Assembly (NCBI GenBank): GCA_043228905.1
Contig: JBHGNT010000013.1
Location: 7,440,001-7,504,000, forward strand
Reading direction: 5' to 3'
Length of the DNA: 64,000 nt
Source of the DNA: Azolla caroliniana
Taxonomy: Eukaryota; Plantae; Polypodiophyta
Shown here in pieces: positions 1 to 11,800 of this stretch. Below the pieces are notes generated by a model that had not been told where the DNA came from, did not search any database, and saw nothing but the letters and a program-made list of their open reading frames with translations. Every line of letters starts with the position of its first letter. Position 1 is the first letter of the stretch. The position numbers and the translations under genes are program-made.

Positions 1-233
1 AACAATCACTCATCATTTTATTATGATTGCCCTAAGTACTTATATAGTAGTACACGTTTTGGGTTATTTACAAGTGTAGCCCATAAGTGCATATTTAGAC
101 TATTTACAAGTATAGTCTTCCGAGTTGGCAGTCTACACGATTTTGGTTTATCGGCCTATCGGCCTCCGAGTCTGTCGAGTTCCTCATCAACTTGGCTCTT
201 CTCTTCCCATCCGAAGGGACCCATTTCCTAATA
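1..233 (-). mobile_element. Copia-type LTR remnant, cut by the window start
   Basis: Ends ...CCCATCCGAAGGGACCCATTTCCTAATA. Similar to the terminus of the solo LTR at 61293-61800 and to the reverse complement of the LTR start at 13397 (TGTTAGGAAACAAGTCCCTCCGGATGGG). Confidence 0.6.
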
Positions 234-559
234 GAATGAACACTATGCTCGCCGACCGATTCCGACTCAAGGGCGGAATATGCTTTCGATTCTCCGGCGC
301 CTGTAGCAAGGGTTTGTAGTATGGATTCGGCTTCACGCAAACTACTCAAGCTACTGCCCTCGTCAAGATGTTGTTGGTTCTGCAACCGGAGCGACTCCTC
401 CGCGACCCACAGAATCACTCTGGGAAAAGACCGGTCTTGTCCGATCTCTGCAGCCGCCAGGTGGTAGGCCTCCCGCCTTCGGAATCTTTCAGCTAGTCTT
501 CTCGTTCGTTCGGCAACTGGGTCATTTGTCAGGCTAGTCATCCATTCCTCGATGTTCAC
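234..559 (-). pseudogene. Possible retrotransposon gag-like fragment
   Basis: Helical/coiled-coil-like ORF (MNIEEWMTSL...) interrupted by the LTR at 1-233. No diagnostic motif. Confidence 0.3.
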
Positions 560-1059
560 TGCAGTCTCCAGGAATCGTGGTTGCCGAAACTGTGTTTATC
601 CTAGGGTGGACTACCATCAAACACAGGGTGTCCTTCAGGATCACTTCACCAAAGGGGTGGTTTAGGGTAGGATGTTAACCGAGACATATATGATTCTAAT
701 CCGAGTGTTTCGGATCGGTTCTAGGAGGGCAATATATCACCGATTGATTAGCACAAGTAAAATATAAAATTAAGCACAAATGGTAAGTAGACAAGATATG
801 CAATACTCAAATCCAGAAACTTATATTACTTCCATGTCTATTACATTGATTTCCGGATCCTTTTATACGCGCCTTCAATTCGAAGTACAAAACGGTGCCA
901 TATCGGCAACCAACTATGAATCAGTCTGGATTCGGATCAGTGCAACTATTCTAGATCTGTCCGTTCCTATAGTATTTCTAATTAATTATTAATCTAAATA
1001 TAATATCCGACTCCAGCTCGTCCCTTTCCACATTTGTCCTCCGGACCATACTCTGGCCA

Positions 1060-2442
1060 ACAAAGATCCTAGAGAGGTTCAACATGTCGGAAGCAAAGGC
1101 GGTGGCCAACTGCAAGTTAAATCCTAAGCAATGCCCGAGAGGGGAGAAAAAAAGGGCTGAGATGAAGAAAGTACCATATGCCTCAGCCAAGCATAGCTTT
1201 TGCTATGGGAATAGTAAGCCGATACATGAGTAATCTGGGAAGAGAATACTTGGCAGCGGTAAAGTGGATACTCAGGTACTTAAAAAGCACCTCGGGGGTA
1301 TGCCTAAGGTATGGTGTCGGAAAAACAATGATTGAAGGGATTACTGACTCGGACATGTCGGGGGATGTAGACTCAAGCAGATCCACATCATGGTACATGA
1401 TGACCTATGCAGGGGGAACCGTGTCGAGGCAGTCACGACTGCAGAAGTTTGTGGCCTTGTCGACCACATAGTCAAAGTATATGGCAGCGGTAGAGGTCTT
1501 CAAGGAGCTGATTTGGATGAAGAGTTTCCTCAGTAACACGGGGTGAATCAAGATGAATTATTGCGCCACTATGATAATTAGATTTCCATACATCTTGCAA
1601 AGAATGTTGCATACCACTCTCGGATCAAGCATATACAAATGATGTATCATTCGTTGCAAGACAAGGTAGATGAAGGAGAGTTTTCCCTCATAAAGATCCA
1701 TACCGACGATAATGGATTCGACATGCTCACGAAGAACCTACAAATGGACAGAATCATAGTCTGTCGACAGAAGACAGGACTGATCAACTCCCATCCACTA
1801 AAGTGAAGGGGGAGTTCGTTAAGAATATGTCCCTCTAGTTGGAGGAGCCAACTGTTTGGGTCGAGTGCCAATGGTTGAGTCGACTATGAGAGTGAGCTGG
1901 GTGAGTCCACAGGAAGGAGATCCAGCTCGAAGACACGACCGACTAGTCGGGCCGACCGGATGGTCAATGACCAGACCGACTAGTCGGATCGACTGGATAG
2001 TCGACAGTAGAGTCGGTTGATGGCTACTTATTATTATAGATAATAATAGTAGAGATGTGTAGTAGGGGCTACACTTGTTAATAGCCCATATGATGTATGA
2101 GTATAAATACATCTAAAGCAATCGTAGAACATAGAGGACAATGGGTTGCATAGTGTAAAATAGAGAACCATGTAGTGAGAGAGAGAGAGTGAGAGCGGCG
2201 CCATAGGTAAGTGAGGTTTAATGCCAAGAGCCCTGTGTAGCTGATACACTCTAAGTGGTGAGTGTTGTATTGTGTGATCTCACCTTGTACTTCTCTCTGT
2301 ATAGTGGAATCTCTGTTCCCGTGGGTTTCACGCGTTTAGGGTTTCCACATAAATCACTATGTACTATGCATTTGTTGTTTTCACGTGTGTTGTGTATTTC
2401 CGAGTTGATCTTTCTTCCACAGTTGAGATCTGACTCTCAACA
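1060..2442 (+). mobile_element. Ty1/copia 3' remnant: RT end, RNase H, PPT and 3' LTR (1817-2442)
   Basis: Peptides AVKWILRYLK, DSDMSGD..SRSTS and VALSTT. PPT GTGAAGGGGGAG at 1803-1814. LTR ends CTCAACA. Confidence 0.85.
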
Positions 2443-3611
2443 CTTTAATCATGTCCATCTCAGATCGCATGTCTTGTAGCCATGTGTTGACATCCGATGC
2501 AGTTGTAGCTTCCTCGTATGAGCTTGGTTCGCTTGCATCCATGTAGTTGATGTAGTCGAGGCCCATTTGGTAAAACTTTGTCGGCCTTCGGACTTGTCCA
2601 GATCTCCCGGGTGCTGAGTTCGTTGGTTAGCTAATAGGGATTATCTTGAACCATCTTTAAGAGTCCTATGGGATGACTCAGCTCTTAGATATGATTTCGG
2701 CGATGTCAAGTCACTCTCCCCGTTTTCTAGGATTGATTCATGAAGGAGTAGAAGCCATGGCCAGTTCGGCTCGACCTTTCAGCATCTTATCTTGTTTTCC
2801 TTCTATGGCCCTTTCGAGATATTTTGTCTGTTTCGCATTTGTCAATCTTTTAGTCGAATCGAGGTTGAATTTGACTAGGGGACCTCTTGCGTTTCGGATT
2901 CAACAAGGGGGTCGTTGGCTTGGTCGTCTTCGATTATTTCTCGAATCGCCTATTCGGGTCGGTGGGTTAGTCCTACGACATATCTTTCTGTGTTGAAGAA
3001 GACCTTTTTGCCGACCCTTTTCAATTGGTTCCGTTCAGAGTGAATTGAGTCTTTGTTGAAGACTACATCACTACTTCGAATCCGTTTCCAATTCGTTGGA
3101 TCCCATAGCCGATAGCCGAAGTCCCCATCGGTTCTATAACCGATGTCGTGGGAAGTTCCCGCTACAAATCGAAACAAAGCCGGACACGCCAGAACGGGTG
3201 CTTACACTAGTGAAGACCAACATTGAGTCTCTATGTATGAACACATGTAAATAATGTAGGACTAGAGCATAGGAATTAATGGGTTCTTCCCACACGAACA
3301 GAGAGGAAGGCAGTGAGTCTGATATGAGGAGATCGAGGAATTCTCTATCCGAATTGGCCAACTAACTACCTGATGTGACAACCCTCTCTCTCCTTGGTCT
3401 ATAAATGGACGGAGAGAGGACTGAGTAGGGGACCCCGGATTTTGGAGAGGACGAAGTGCTACCGGTTGGAGTGTCGAGCTCTCTCTCTCTCTCTCTCTAT
3501 CTTGTGCCCGGTTCAGGAAGAAAACCTCTGCTCGGACAGGAAGCCCATGAGCTCCAGACCAGAGGTTCTTCATTTCGTTTTCCTTGTGCGTGTGAGTGGA
3601 AGTGAGCGTCT

Positions 3612-4167
3612 TGGTTACATCTACGATAGTAATGGGTTCGGGGGGGCCCATTGCTATCAAGAGTGGGCACGCTCCGTATTCGAGTGGTATACCGACCCGC
3701 ACTCCTTGCAAAGCCGTAAGGCAAACCCTAAATGTGATGCTAATATACTATGGAGGGATTACACCTGAGTGTAGAATCCGCCGTCATGAGGTGACTGCTA
3801 ATCACAGGCCTCTGGTGGTTGCGTAGTTCACGCTTGTAACTGGTGTGACGTTTGCAATTGGTATACCATCCACTCGCAGGTGACCGCCAACCACTTGCCG
3901 GGGATCAATGTGTAGCACATTCCTACCTACCTTGGCAACTCACATGCCATGAGTTTTGTGGTTGTTTGGATGCTTCAAGCATTGCAAGTTAAGCGTGCTT
4001 GAGCCAGAACAGTACTGGGATGGGTGACCTCCCGGGAAGTCCTGGTTACATCTACGATAGTAATAGGTTCAGGGGGGCCCATTGCTATCAAGAGTGGGCA
4101 CGCTCCGTATTCGAGTGGTATACCGACCCGCACTCCTTGCAAAGCCGTAAGGCAAACCCTAAATGTG
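3612..4167 (+). repeat. ~1.3 units of a 431-bp-period repeat containing a 5S rRNA-derived segment (Cassandra-like)
   Basis: 125-bp near-identical direct repeats at 3612-3736 and 4043-4167. The segment is absent from the sister LTR, which has unrelated sequence at ~15211-15416. Confidence 0.8.
3987..4043 (+). pseudogene. 5S rRNA fragment (about nt 50-106: box A, intermediate element, box C)
   Basis: AGTTAAGCGTGCTTGAGCCAGAACAGTACTGGGATGGGTGACCTCCCGGGAAGTCCT matches the recalled plant 5S consensus at about 51 of 57 positions. No complete 5' half and no T-run terminator. Confidence 0.9.
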
Positions 4168-4749
4168 CTGCTTCTTGGCTTCCCAACTGGGACTAAACCG
4201 GCATAGCTATCCAAACCGATCAGGTGAGGCTAACCGAACCATAACGCAAGCCTCCCTTCTTCCTTTCTGGCCCTTGGTCCGAGACCCCCACGGTCCCACC
4301 CTCTCTAATATGTGCACGCGGAATATCGCGACATCTTTGGTGAACCCGACGTGAAAGAGGCGGCAGAAGAGTCTAGGATGAGGGGAACTGAACTGGCAGA
4401 GGTGATGGCAGCAACCGTCGACCGTATAGTAAATGCACGGGTTGGCATGGGTACCCTCGACATGGCCATATAAGCGATAGTCGATATGATAGGCCGGTTC
4501 AACGGGAAGGACGTGACAAAATACCAGGAGGCTTATAGGGTAGAAATGATAATGAGGGATATTCTAGAAGACAGACGCCTGTCCGGATTTCCGTGGGTGG
4601 CAATGCCGAGCATCCACGTGGAGGTGCTCGAGGTGCAAATGGTGTGCAGGAATTGGGCGGAGTTTGAGGAGCAACTCCTTGAACGAAATTGGTTTGCTGA
4701 CTCTCTCGGATTGTCGAGAGCCTTGGGAAAGGGAGGGACACATCGGTGC

Positions 4750-7097
4750 TGTTACCGTATGAGACGTACGGGTGATTGTTAAGTGTGATAAGTGCGGGTG
4801 AAAGATATATGTATGTGTAATGTCATACGATTATGAGTGTGAATGTAAGTGAGAGTGTGAGGGATATAAAGAGGTGTGAGTTTGTGACTAGGTGTGAATG
4901 GCCAAGGGTCTTGCACCCTTGTGTATCTACCCCTTTGTACCTATATTAACCCCTTATGGGGAATGAATGAAAAAAAAAGCAATAGTTCTCTCTCTCTTCC
5001 TCTCTCTCTCTCTCTCTCTCTCTCTCCCATAACGTTGAACCCCTTGGGAGGGGGGTGGAGCCATTCTAGGCACCACCCCCCACCCCACAATGCTTCTCAA
5101 TGCACATCGTAATCATGCTCTCAACCCCATAATGCTTATCAATCTCGCCATCACATTGTTTCCATCTTCATCACTATCAATGTCATCATCAATCTCGCAA
5201 TGCTAATCATTTCCATATTCGTATTATTAACAAACCCTAACCCTATTCCTATCTTTATCACCATAATCATTAACCCTAACCCTAAAACCATCAACACTAT
5301 TTTGGCACGCCCTACGGCCGACCATCCTTAGAGAAGAAGTCAAAGAAGGATGCACGATGACAACGTAAATGTGAAATGTGCGATAAATGGTGATAATAAT
5401 GTGGGCGAAATCGAATCAACAATGTATGGTAAATGGCGGTTACAATATGCTAGATAATGTCAATGAATGAGATGTGGCAATACGAATGTGCGAGAAAGAG
5501 TGGTGCGGGAAATGGAGACAAACGAAGACGGAGATGGAATAAGGGAACAGAGCCCGTGATGATGGCAAAGAAAAAAAGAAGAATAGCATCGAGACGATCG
5601 AACGAGCAACCGGAGTGGCCGAGGAGTGGCCACAATGACCGGAGAGAGGCCGGAATGAACGGCGGCAATCGGAATGAACAGCGGCAATCGGAATGAATGG
5701 AGGGAAGTGGACGAAGAGCGATGTCGATCGTGGTGGCAGCCAACCGATGATCGAAACCAACAAAAGCAACGGCCGAACGACGGCCGGATGGGCCAAATAG
5801 CGGTCAAAATTGCGGCGGCCAAGAGTGGCGGCGTCGGAATGGCTAGAGTGGCAAAACAGCCCCGGCGGCCAAATATCGACGTGAGAAAGACGGCCGGAAT
5901 AGCCGAAATCGTCGAACAATGAAGCGGAGCGGTGGAATGGCCGGCGGCCGGACAAACGACCAAGGAAATGGTCGGAAGGGCTGGAAATAGATGTTGGTGA
6001 TCGGATGGCAACCAAACAACAATAGATAAAGATGAATATAACATTAGGAAGAAGAAAGATGAAGAAAGAATGAGAAACATTAAGAACAAGAAAAGAGAGA
6101 GAAACGGGAGAAAACGCATGAAGAAGAAGGAAGAATGAGAAGAAAAGAAAAGAAAGAACGTGAAAAAAAAAAAGAGAGAGGAAAAAGAAATTTAAAATAA
6201 TATTATTATAAAGAAATAAAAAGAGAAAGATAGGGGCATAAAACAAATTTCAAAAACTCATGGACCTAAAAGAAATGGACGCAAACCACACACAACTCAC
6301 AAGATACAAAGAAGACTATACATACAACGTTTTTTTGACAACCCGAAGTATGTTACCAAGTTCGTGTGCCGACAGAACGAGAATGTTCGTGTCGATAAAG
6401 ATTCGCTGACCGACAAAGATGTTCGAGTCAAGCGCTCCGATCGAGGGAGTCGATCGTTGAGAGGACCGATGGAAGTTCCGGTCGAAGAAAGATTATGATC
6501 AAGGCATGTGGGATCGAAGTGCAAGGCACTTTCCCACGGGCGTGCCATATTGTGTTACCGTATGAGACGTACGGGTGATTGTTAAGTGTGATAAGTGCGG
6601 GTGAAAGATATATGTATGTGTAATGTCATACGATTATGAGTGTGAATGTAAGTGAGAGTGTGAGGGATATAAAGAGGTGTGAGTTTGTGACTAGGTGTGA
6701 ATGGCCAAGGGTCTTGCACCCTTGTGTATCTACCCCTTTGTACCTATATTAACCCCTTATGGGGAATGAATGAAAAAAAAAGCAATAGTTCTCTCTCTCT
6801 TCCTCTCTCTCTCTCTCTCTCTCTCTCCCATAACGTTGAACCCCTTGGGAGGGGGGTGGAGCCATTCTAGGCACCACCCCCCACCCCACAATGCTTCTCA
6901 ATGCACATCGTAATCATGCTCTCAACCCCATAATGCTTATCAATCTCGCCATCACATTGTTTCCATCTTCATCACTATCAATGTCATCATCAATCTCGCA
7001 ATGCTAATCATTTCCATATTCGTATTATTAACAAACCCTAACCCTATTCCTATCTTTATCACCATAATCATTAACCCTAACCCTAAAACCATCAACA
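4750..7097. mobile_element. Very recent non-autonomous LTR element (LARD/TRIM-like). LTRs 4750-5296 and 6553-7097; non-coding 1.26-kb interior
   Basis: LTRs TGTT..AACA appear identical except for one CT unit. 5-bp TSD GGTGC at 4745-4749 and 7098-7102. Inserted in gypsy gag. PBS-like TGGCACGCCC lies next to both LTRs, on opposite strands. Confidence 0.93.
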
Positions 7098-8882
7098 GGT
7101 GCCACTCTAGGAGTTTGAAAAACGATTCGCTCGGCTCTCGGTGCTAGATCGGACCGTGCTCGATACGAGTCGGATCCTACTATTCATTAAATCGGTAGAC
7201 GCGCTTGATCGGGAGAAGGTGGGTCTCCTGTTGGAGATGGATGAAGGACTCACGGCTGATTGGGCCGTTGTGAAAAGGTTTTGTAGCCGTTTCGACAAAC
7301 GGCATGAGTGGAGTAACGCGGGTCCGTGGGCAACAGGCCCGACCACGGGGAAAAGGCTAGAAGAAACGATTCTAGCTCAAATGGAGGAGACGCCAAGGTG
7401 GATCAAGTCAGGCGTGGTAATGACGGACGTGGTCAAGGGCCCATCCAGGGGCGTCGCTCTGGAGGAGCTGACGAAGATGGTGCATGATCTCCAGATCGCA
7501 AAAGGTAGGGGATAGTCTCGTGACTAGAGGCCTCGAGTAGACCAGCAATGCATGTCGTGTGACGTTGTCGGCCACATCCAGAGGGACTATGCCGATTTCA
7601 CGGAGGCATTTAAGAGCAACGTGGTGTACCTTTGGAATGGCCGGGTACACGCTAGCAATATGCGGAGGGCCTTGAAGGTAAATACTAGCCGTGGTGAGAT
7701 GAAAAGGTTAATGGAGGAGGTTGCGGCACAGCACGCCAAAACTGTCCATTATTCGGCATCGGCCGACATCCGTGTCGGAGATGAGAACAACAAGACGACA
7801 AGGGAATCCAGGTTTTGGCCGCTAGTGCCGGAAGGCCTTTTCAGGGTAAAGCTGCAGAAGGAAGAGGCGGACCGCGCACAGAGGGGGGTTCAAGAGGGCA
7901 CCAGATGGGACTATTTGGTAGAAGAGAAAACCGGCTTCATGGAGGCCGTGTGCCAGAACTACGAGGTTTTGGTGGAAGATAAATGGATCGGAAAGGCCAG
8001 AGGGGCTGGCCCCTCAAACCGGTATGAGACCCGGAAGGGGCCGAAGTGACGGAGGCCCGGTAGACCAACGGGAGAACATGAAAATGCCAGGATTCCGATT
8101 AAGCTCAGAAATAGAAGAGAGAGCAACGTACCTGCAAAAGGTCCTGCTGAGGGCAAACAGACAAGACACTCCGGTCCTAAACCAATTCGACGAGAATGAC
8201 TAAGAGGGGGATTGGTTGCTAATCGGCAGGTTCCTGAGCACGATGGCACTGAATGCAGCATGGTCAAAGGACAAAGCAAGCTGGATCCAAAAGAAGTCTT
8301 ACCGGTTCTTCTTTTGGAACGACAAGATATGGCGGCATCCGAAGAAGCGGACCGGTGCGCCACTCTGGGTGGTGGCGAGGAAGGAGGAATAGTCAACGCT
8401 CCTATTGGAATTTCACGACGACCCCTGTTCCGGGCACAAAGGAACGTGGGCCACCTTCGAGAAGCTAAAGGAAAGGTATTCGTGGCCGGGAATTTATTGC
8501 GACGTGTATCATTTCGTAATGACGTGCGAGAGTTGTCAGATGCATTCTGGAATCCGGCACTACGATGAACTGCACCCGACCTACCCCCCAACCATACACT
8601 TCAAGTGGATGGTCAACTTAGTGATGATGCCGATAGGGGTAGGGGAAATGTGATACTTGGTGCTTGCACGGGAGGATCTAACGAACTAGGTGGAGGGCCG
8701 AGTGTTGTACGGGTGCGTAGGCAAAATCGTGGCTGATCGTGGAGAGTTGGATGCGCAAGGAGTTGAAGAGTTGTTCGAACGGTTAGGGGTGAAGCTTTCT
8801 CTCTCTATGGCATACAATCTGGAAGCCAACGGAAAGGTAGAGTGCAGGCACGGGCCGATTGTGAAGGCGCAAGTACGGACAT

Positions 8883-11800
8883 GTGTACAGAGAGAGAGAG
8901 AGAGGAAGAGGTCGTTGCCTCTGTTGTAACCGCCGCCTGTGGCGAAGATCGTGAGCATGAGGTCGTTGCCTCCGTGAGCTCACTGTTGTAATCATTGTGA
9001 TATACTGATAGTTAGTAGTCAGTGGACGGTCGTGCTTTTTCCCTCTCAAGGTTTTCCATGTTAAACATCTTGTGTACTCTTCTCTTCTTTGTGTCGTGCG
9101 TTCATTATCCATTTTCTGTGTTTGATTCTAGACTCGGTTGTGGCCGAGCGTTGTTCATCGGGAGCGTGTGTTCCTGACAAGTGGTATCAGAGCGAAACGA
9201 CACAGAAAATGGACGATTCGTTGCAAGGCATGTTCAAGCTCACCGGCTCCAACTATTCGGTGTGGAAGTCGAAGATGAGGGACATGCTCGTGGTTAAAGA
9301 ACTCTAGCTTCCGGTTCAATTCGGGGACAAGAGACCAGACAAAATCGATGCCGCGATATGGGAGGTAATGCACATGAAGACAACAACGTACATACGGTGC
9401 TTCATCGACATGAGCCTATACAACAACTTCAATGAAGAGAGCAAGGCGCATGAGCTCTAGGAGAAGATCGGCATTATGTTTCAAAACAAAAATGTTGTTA
9501 ATCAGGTTTCGGTATTCCGGAAGCTAGTAAGACTCCGGTACCAAGATGGCTCCAGCATGGCGGAGCACATAAATGCCTTCCAGGGGCTGATCCACCAGGC
9601 AACATCATTGGAAGTACCTCTTGCCGATGAGGTACTAGCACTACTCCTGCTCGGTTCCCTCCCAGATAGCTGGGAGACGTTGGTTGTCACCTTGGGCAAC
9701 GCCGGGTCGGAAGGGAAACGGTTATCCCTAGCAAGAGTGAAGTCGAGCTTGCTAGATGAGGTGGCGCGACAAAAAGATAAGGATACGAGCTCCGACCCCA
9801 AAGCGCTCCTTACCGAATCGGAACGCGGAAGACAAAGAAACCGTAGTCCCCAGAACCAAGAAAAGTCAGGGACACGATCAAAGTCAAGGGGGAGGCCTAC
9901 TTGCTTCTATTGCGGCAAGCCGGGACACTTCCAAAAGAACTGTCGGCATTTCCGAAAAGAGAAGTAAACTGACGGTACCGATTCAAAGCGAACTACGGAC
10001 CGAAACGGTAAAAACCGGAGGGGGCCGGACCGATAGGGAACGACAACAATCACAGCAAGTGAAGAAGAGTTGATGCTCATCACCGAGGAGAGTGAGCTAA
10101 ACCTTGCCGGCGACGAGATTACCTGGGTGGTCGACTCCGGAGAGTCGTTCCACCTTACCCCAAAGCGCTCCTTACCGAATCGGAACGCGGAAGACAAAGA
10201 AACCGTAGTCCCTAGAACCAAGAAAAGTCAGGGACACGATCAAAGTCAAGGGAGAGGCCTACTTGCTTCTATTGCGGCAAGCCGGGACACTTCCAAAAGA
10301 ACTGTCGGCATTTCCGAAAAGAGAAGTAAACCGACGGTACCGATTCAAAGCGAACTACGGACCGAAACGGTAAAAACTGGAGGGGGCCGGACCGAAAGGG
10401 AACGACGACAATCACAGCAAGTGAAGAAGAGTTGATGCTCATCACCGAGGAGAGTGAGCTAAACCTTGCCGGCGACGAGATGACCTGGGTGGTCGACTCC
10501 GGAGAGTCGTTCCACCTTACCCCGGACCGGAAATGCTTCTCATCCTACACATTCCGGAGGTTCGTCTGAACCTGATGTTAGCCGGTCGGCTAGATGATGA
10601 AGACTACATGGGTAGCATTCGGAACGGTGTTATGAAGTTCAGCAAAGGGAGCCTGATTGTGGCTTGGGCCCGGAAGGTAAACACACTTTACCTGATGAAT
10701 GCCCGGTTATGTCCAGAGGAAGTGAACGTGGCATCCGACACTGCCGGTGAGCTGTGGCACAAAAGGTTGTGTCACATGAGCGAGAAGGGGATGAAGAGGC
10801 TTGCAGACGACAACCTCATTCCAATGAAGAACGTGCACTTGGAGAAGTGCACTGATTGTCTGGTCGGTAAGCAAAACCGGACCTCCTTCCAACCAAGGCC
10901 ACCGATGAGATGTAATGCACCACTAGAGTTGGTGCATACTCATGTCTGTCAAGTGGACACGAAGTCACATGCAGGATCTTAGTACTTCGTGACGTTCATA
11001 GATGACCACAGCCGGAAGCTGTGGGCCACACCGTTGAAGACGAAGGATCAGGTGCTATCCATCTTCAAAGAGCTCCACGCGAGAGTGGAAAGAGAAACCG
11101 GCCGGAAGCTGAAGGCGATGCGAGCAGATAACGGAGGTGAATACCGGGGGCAGTTCGAGGAGTACTGTCGCTCGAAGGGAATCCGGCTCGAATTCACCGT
11201 GCCGAAGATGCCGGAACTAAACGGGCTGGCCGAGAGGATGAACTGGACCATAATGGAGAGGGTCCGGAGTATGCTGCCTCATGCAAAACTACCCAATAAG
11301 TTTTGGGCTGAGGCATTGTCGACGGCGACATATGTGATAAACATATCACCCTCAGTACCCTTGGATGGAGACACGCCACAGAGAGTATGGCTCAGTAAGG
11401 AATTATCTTACCGGCATTTGAAGGTATTCGGGTGTCTTGCGTATGTGCATGTAGCTAAGGACCGGAGAGGAAAACTAGATCCGAAGACCCGGCCATGCAT
11501 ATTCCTCGGTTACGGCGACGATGAGTTCGGCTACCGAGTGTGGGACCTGGTCGACAAGAAGGTATTCCGGAGTTGAGATATTATCTTCATGGAGGACAAG
11601 ACGCTCACCGACTGGGAGTTGGAGAAGAAGATAATGAACTCCGAGTGGACCGGTAAGGATCGATTCTACGATGAGCAGACCCAACTGGCAAGAGACTGGT
11701 TACCACTCGAGGAACCAACCGGTTATGGTGGGGATACCGAACCGGCAGAAGAAGAAGTAGAGGAAGCTAAAACCGGAACCGGCCAAGACCCTGAATCGGA

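Noticed and set aside
673-1050. LTR belonging to the gag-like ORF at 234-559
   Set aside because: It has a TGTT start and a TATA-like motif, but no partner LTR, PBS or TSD could be identified.
3968-4060. Functional 5S rRNA gene
   Set aside because: Only about nt 50-106 match. The 5' half is essentially missing and there is no oligo-T terminator.
3612-4167. CRISPR-like repeat-spacer structure
   Set aside because: Only two 125-bp repeats in eukaryotic DNA and no cas genes. No CRISPR array is seen anywhere in the window.
5232-5287. Interstitial telomere in the LTR
   Set aside because: Isolated AAACCCTAA/AACCCT telobox-like motifs, present in both LTRs as normal LTR sequence.
5440-6246. 268-aa and 219-aa minus-strand ORFs inside the young LTR element
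   Set aside because: Low-complexity F/L/S-rich translations of a GA-rich tract with no domain motif. Probably spurious, although an antisense ORF cannot be fully excluded.
7959-8591. 210-aa minus-strand ORF and similar antisense ORFs over gag-pol regions
   Set aside because: Shadow ORFs of GC-rich retrotransposon coding sequence.
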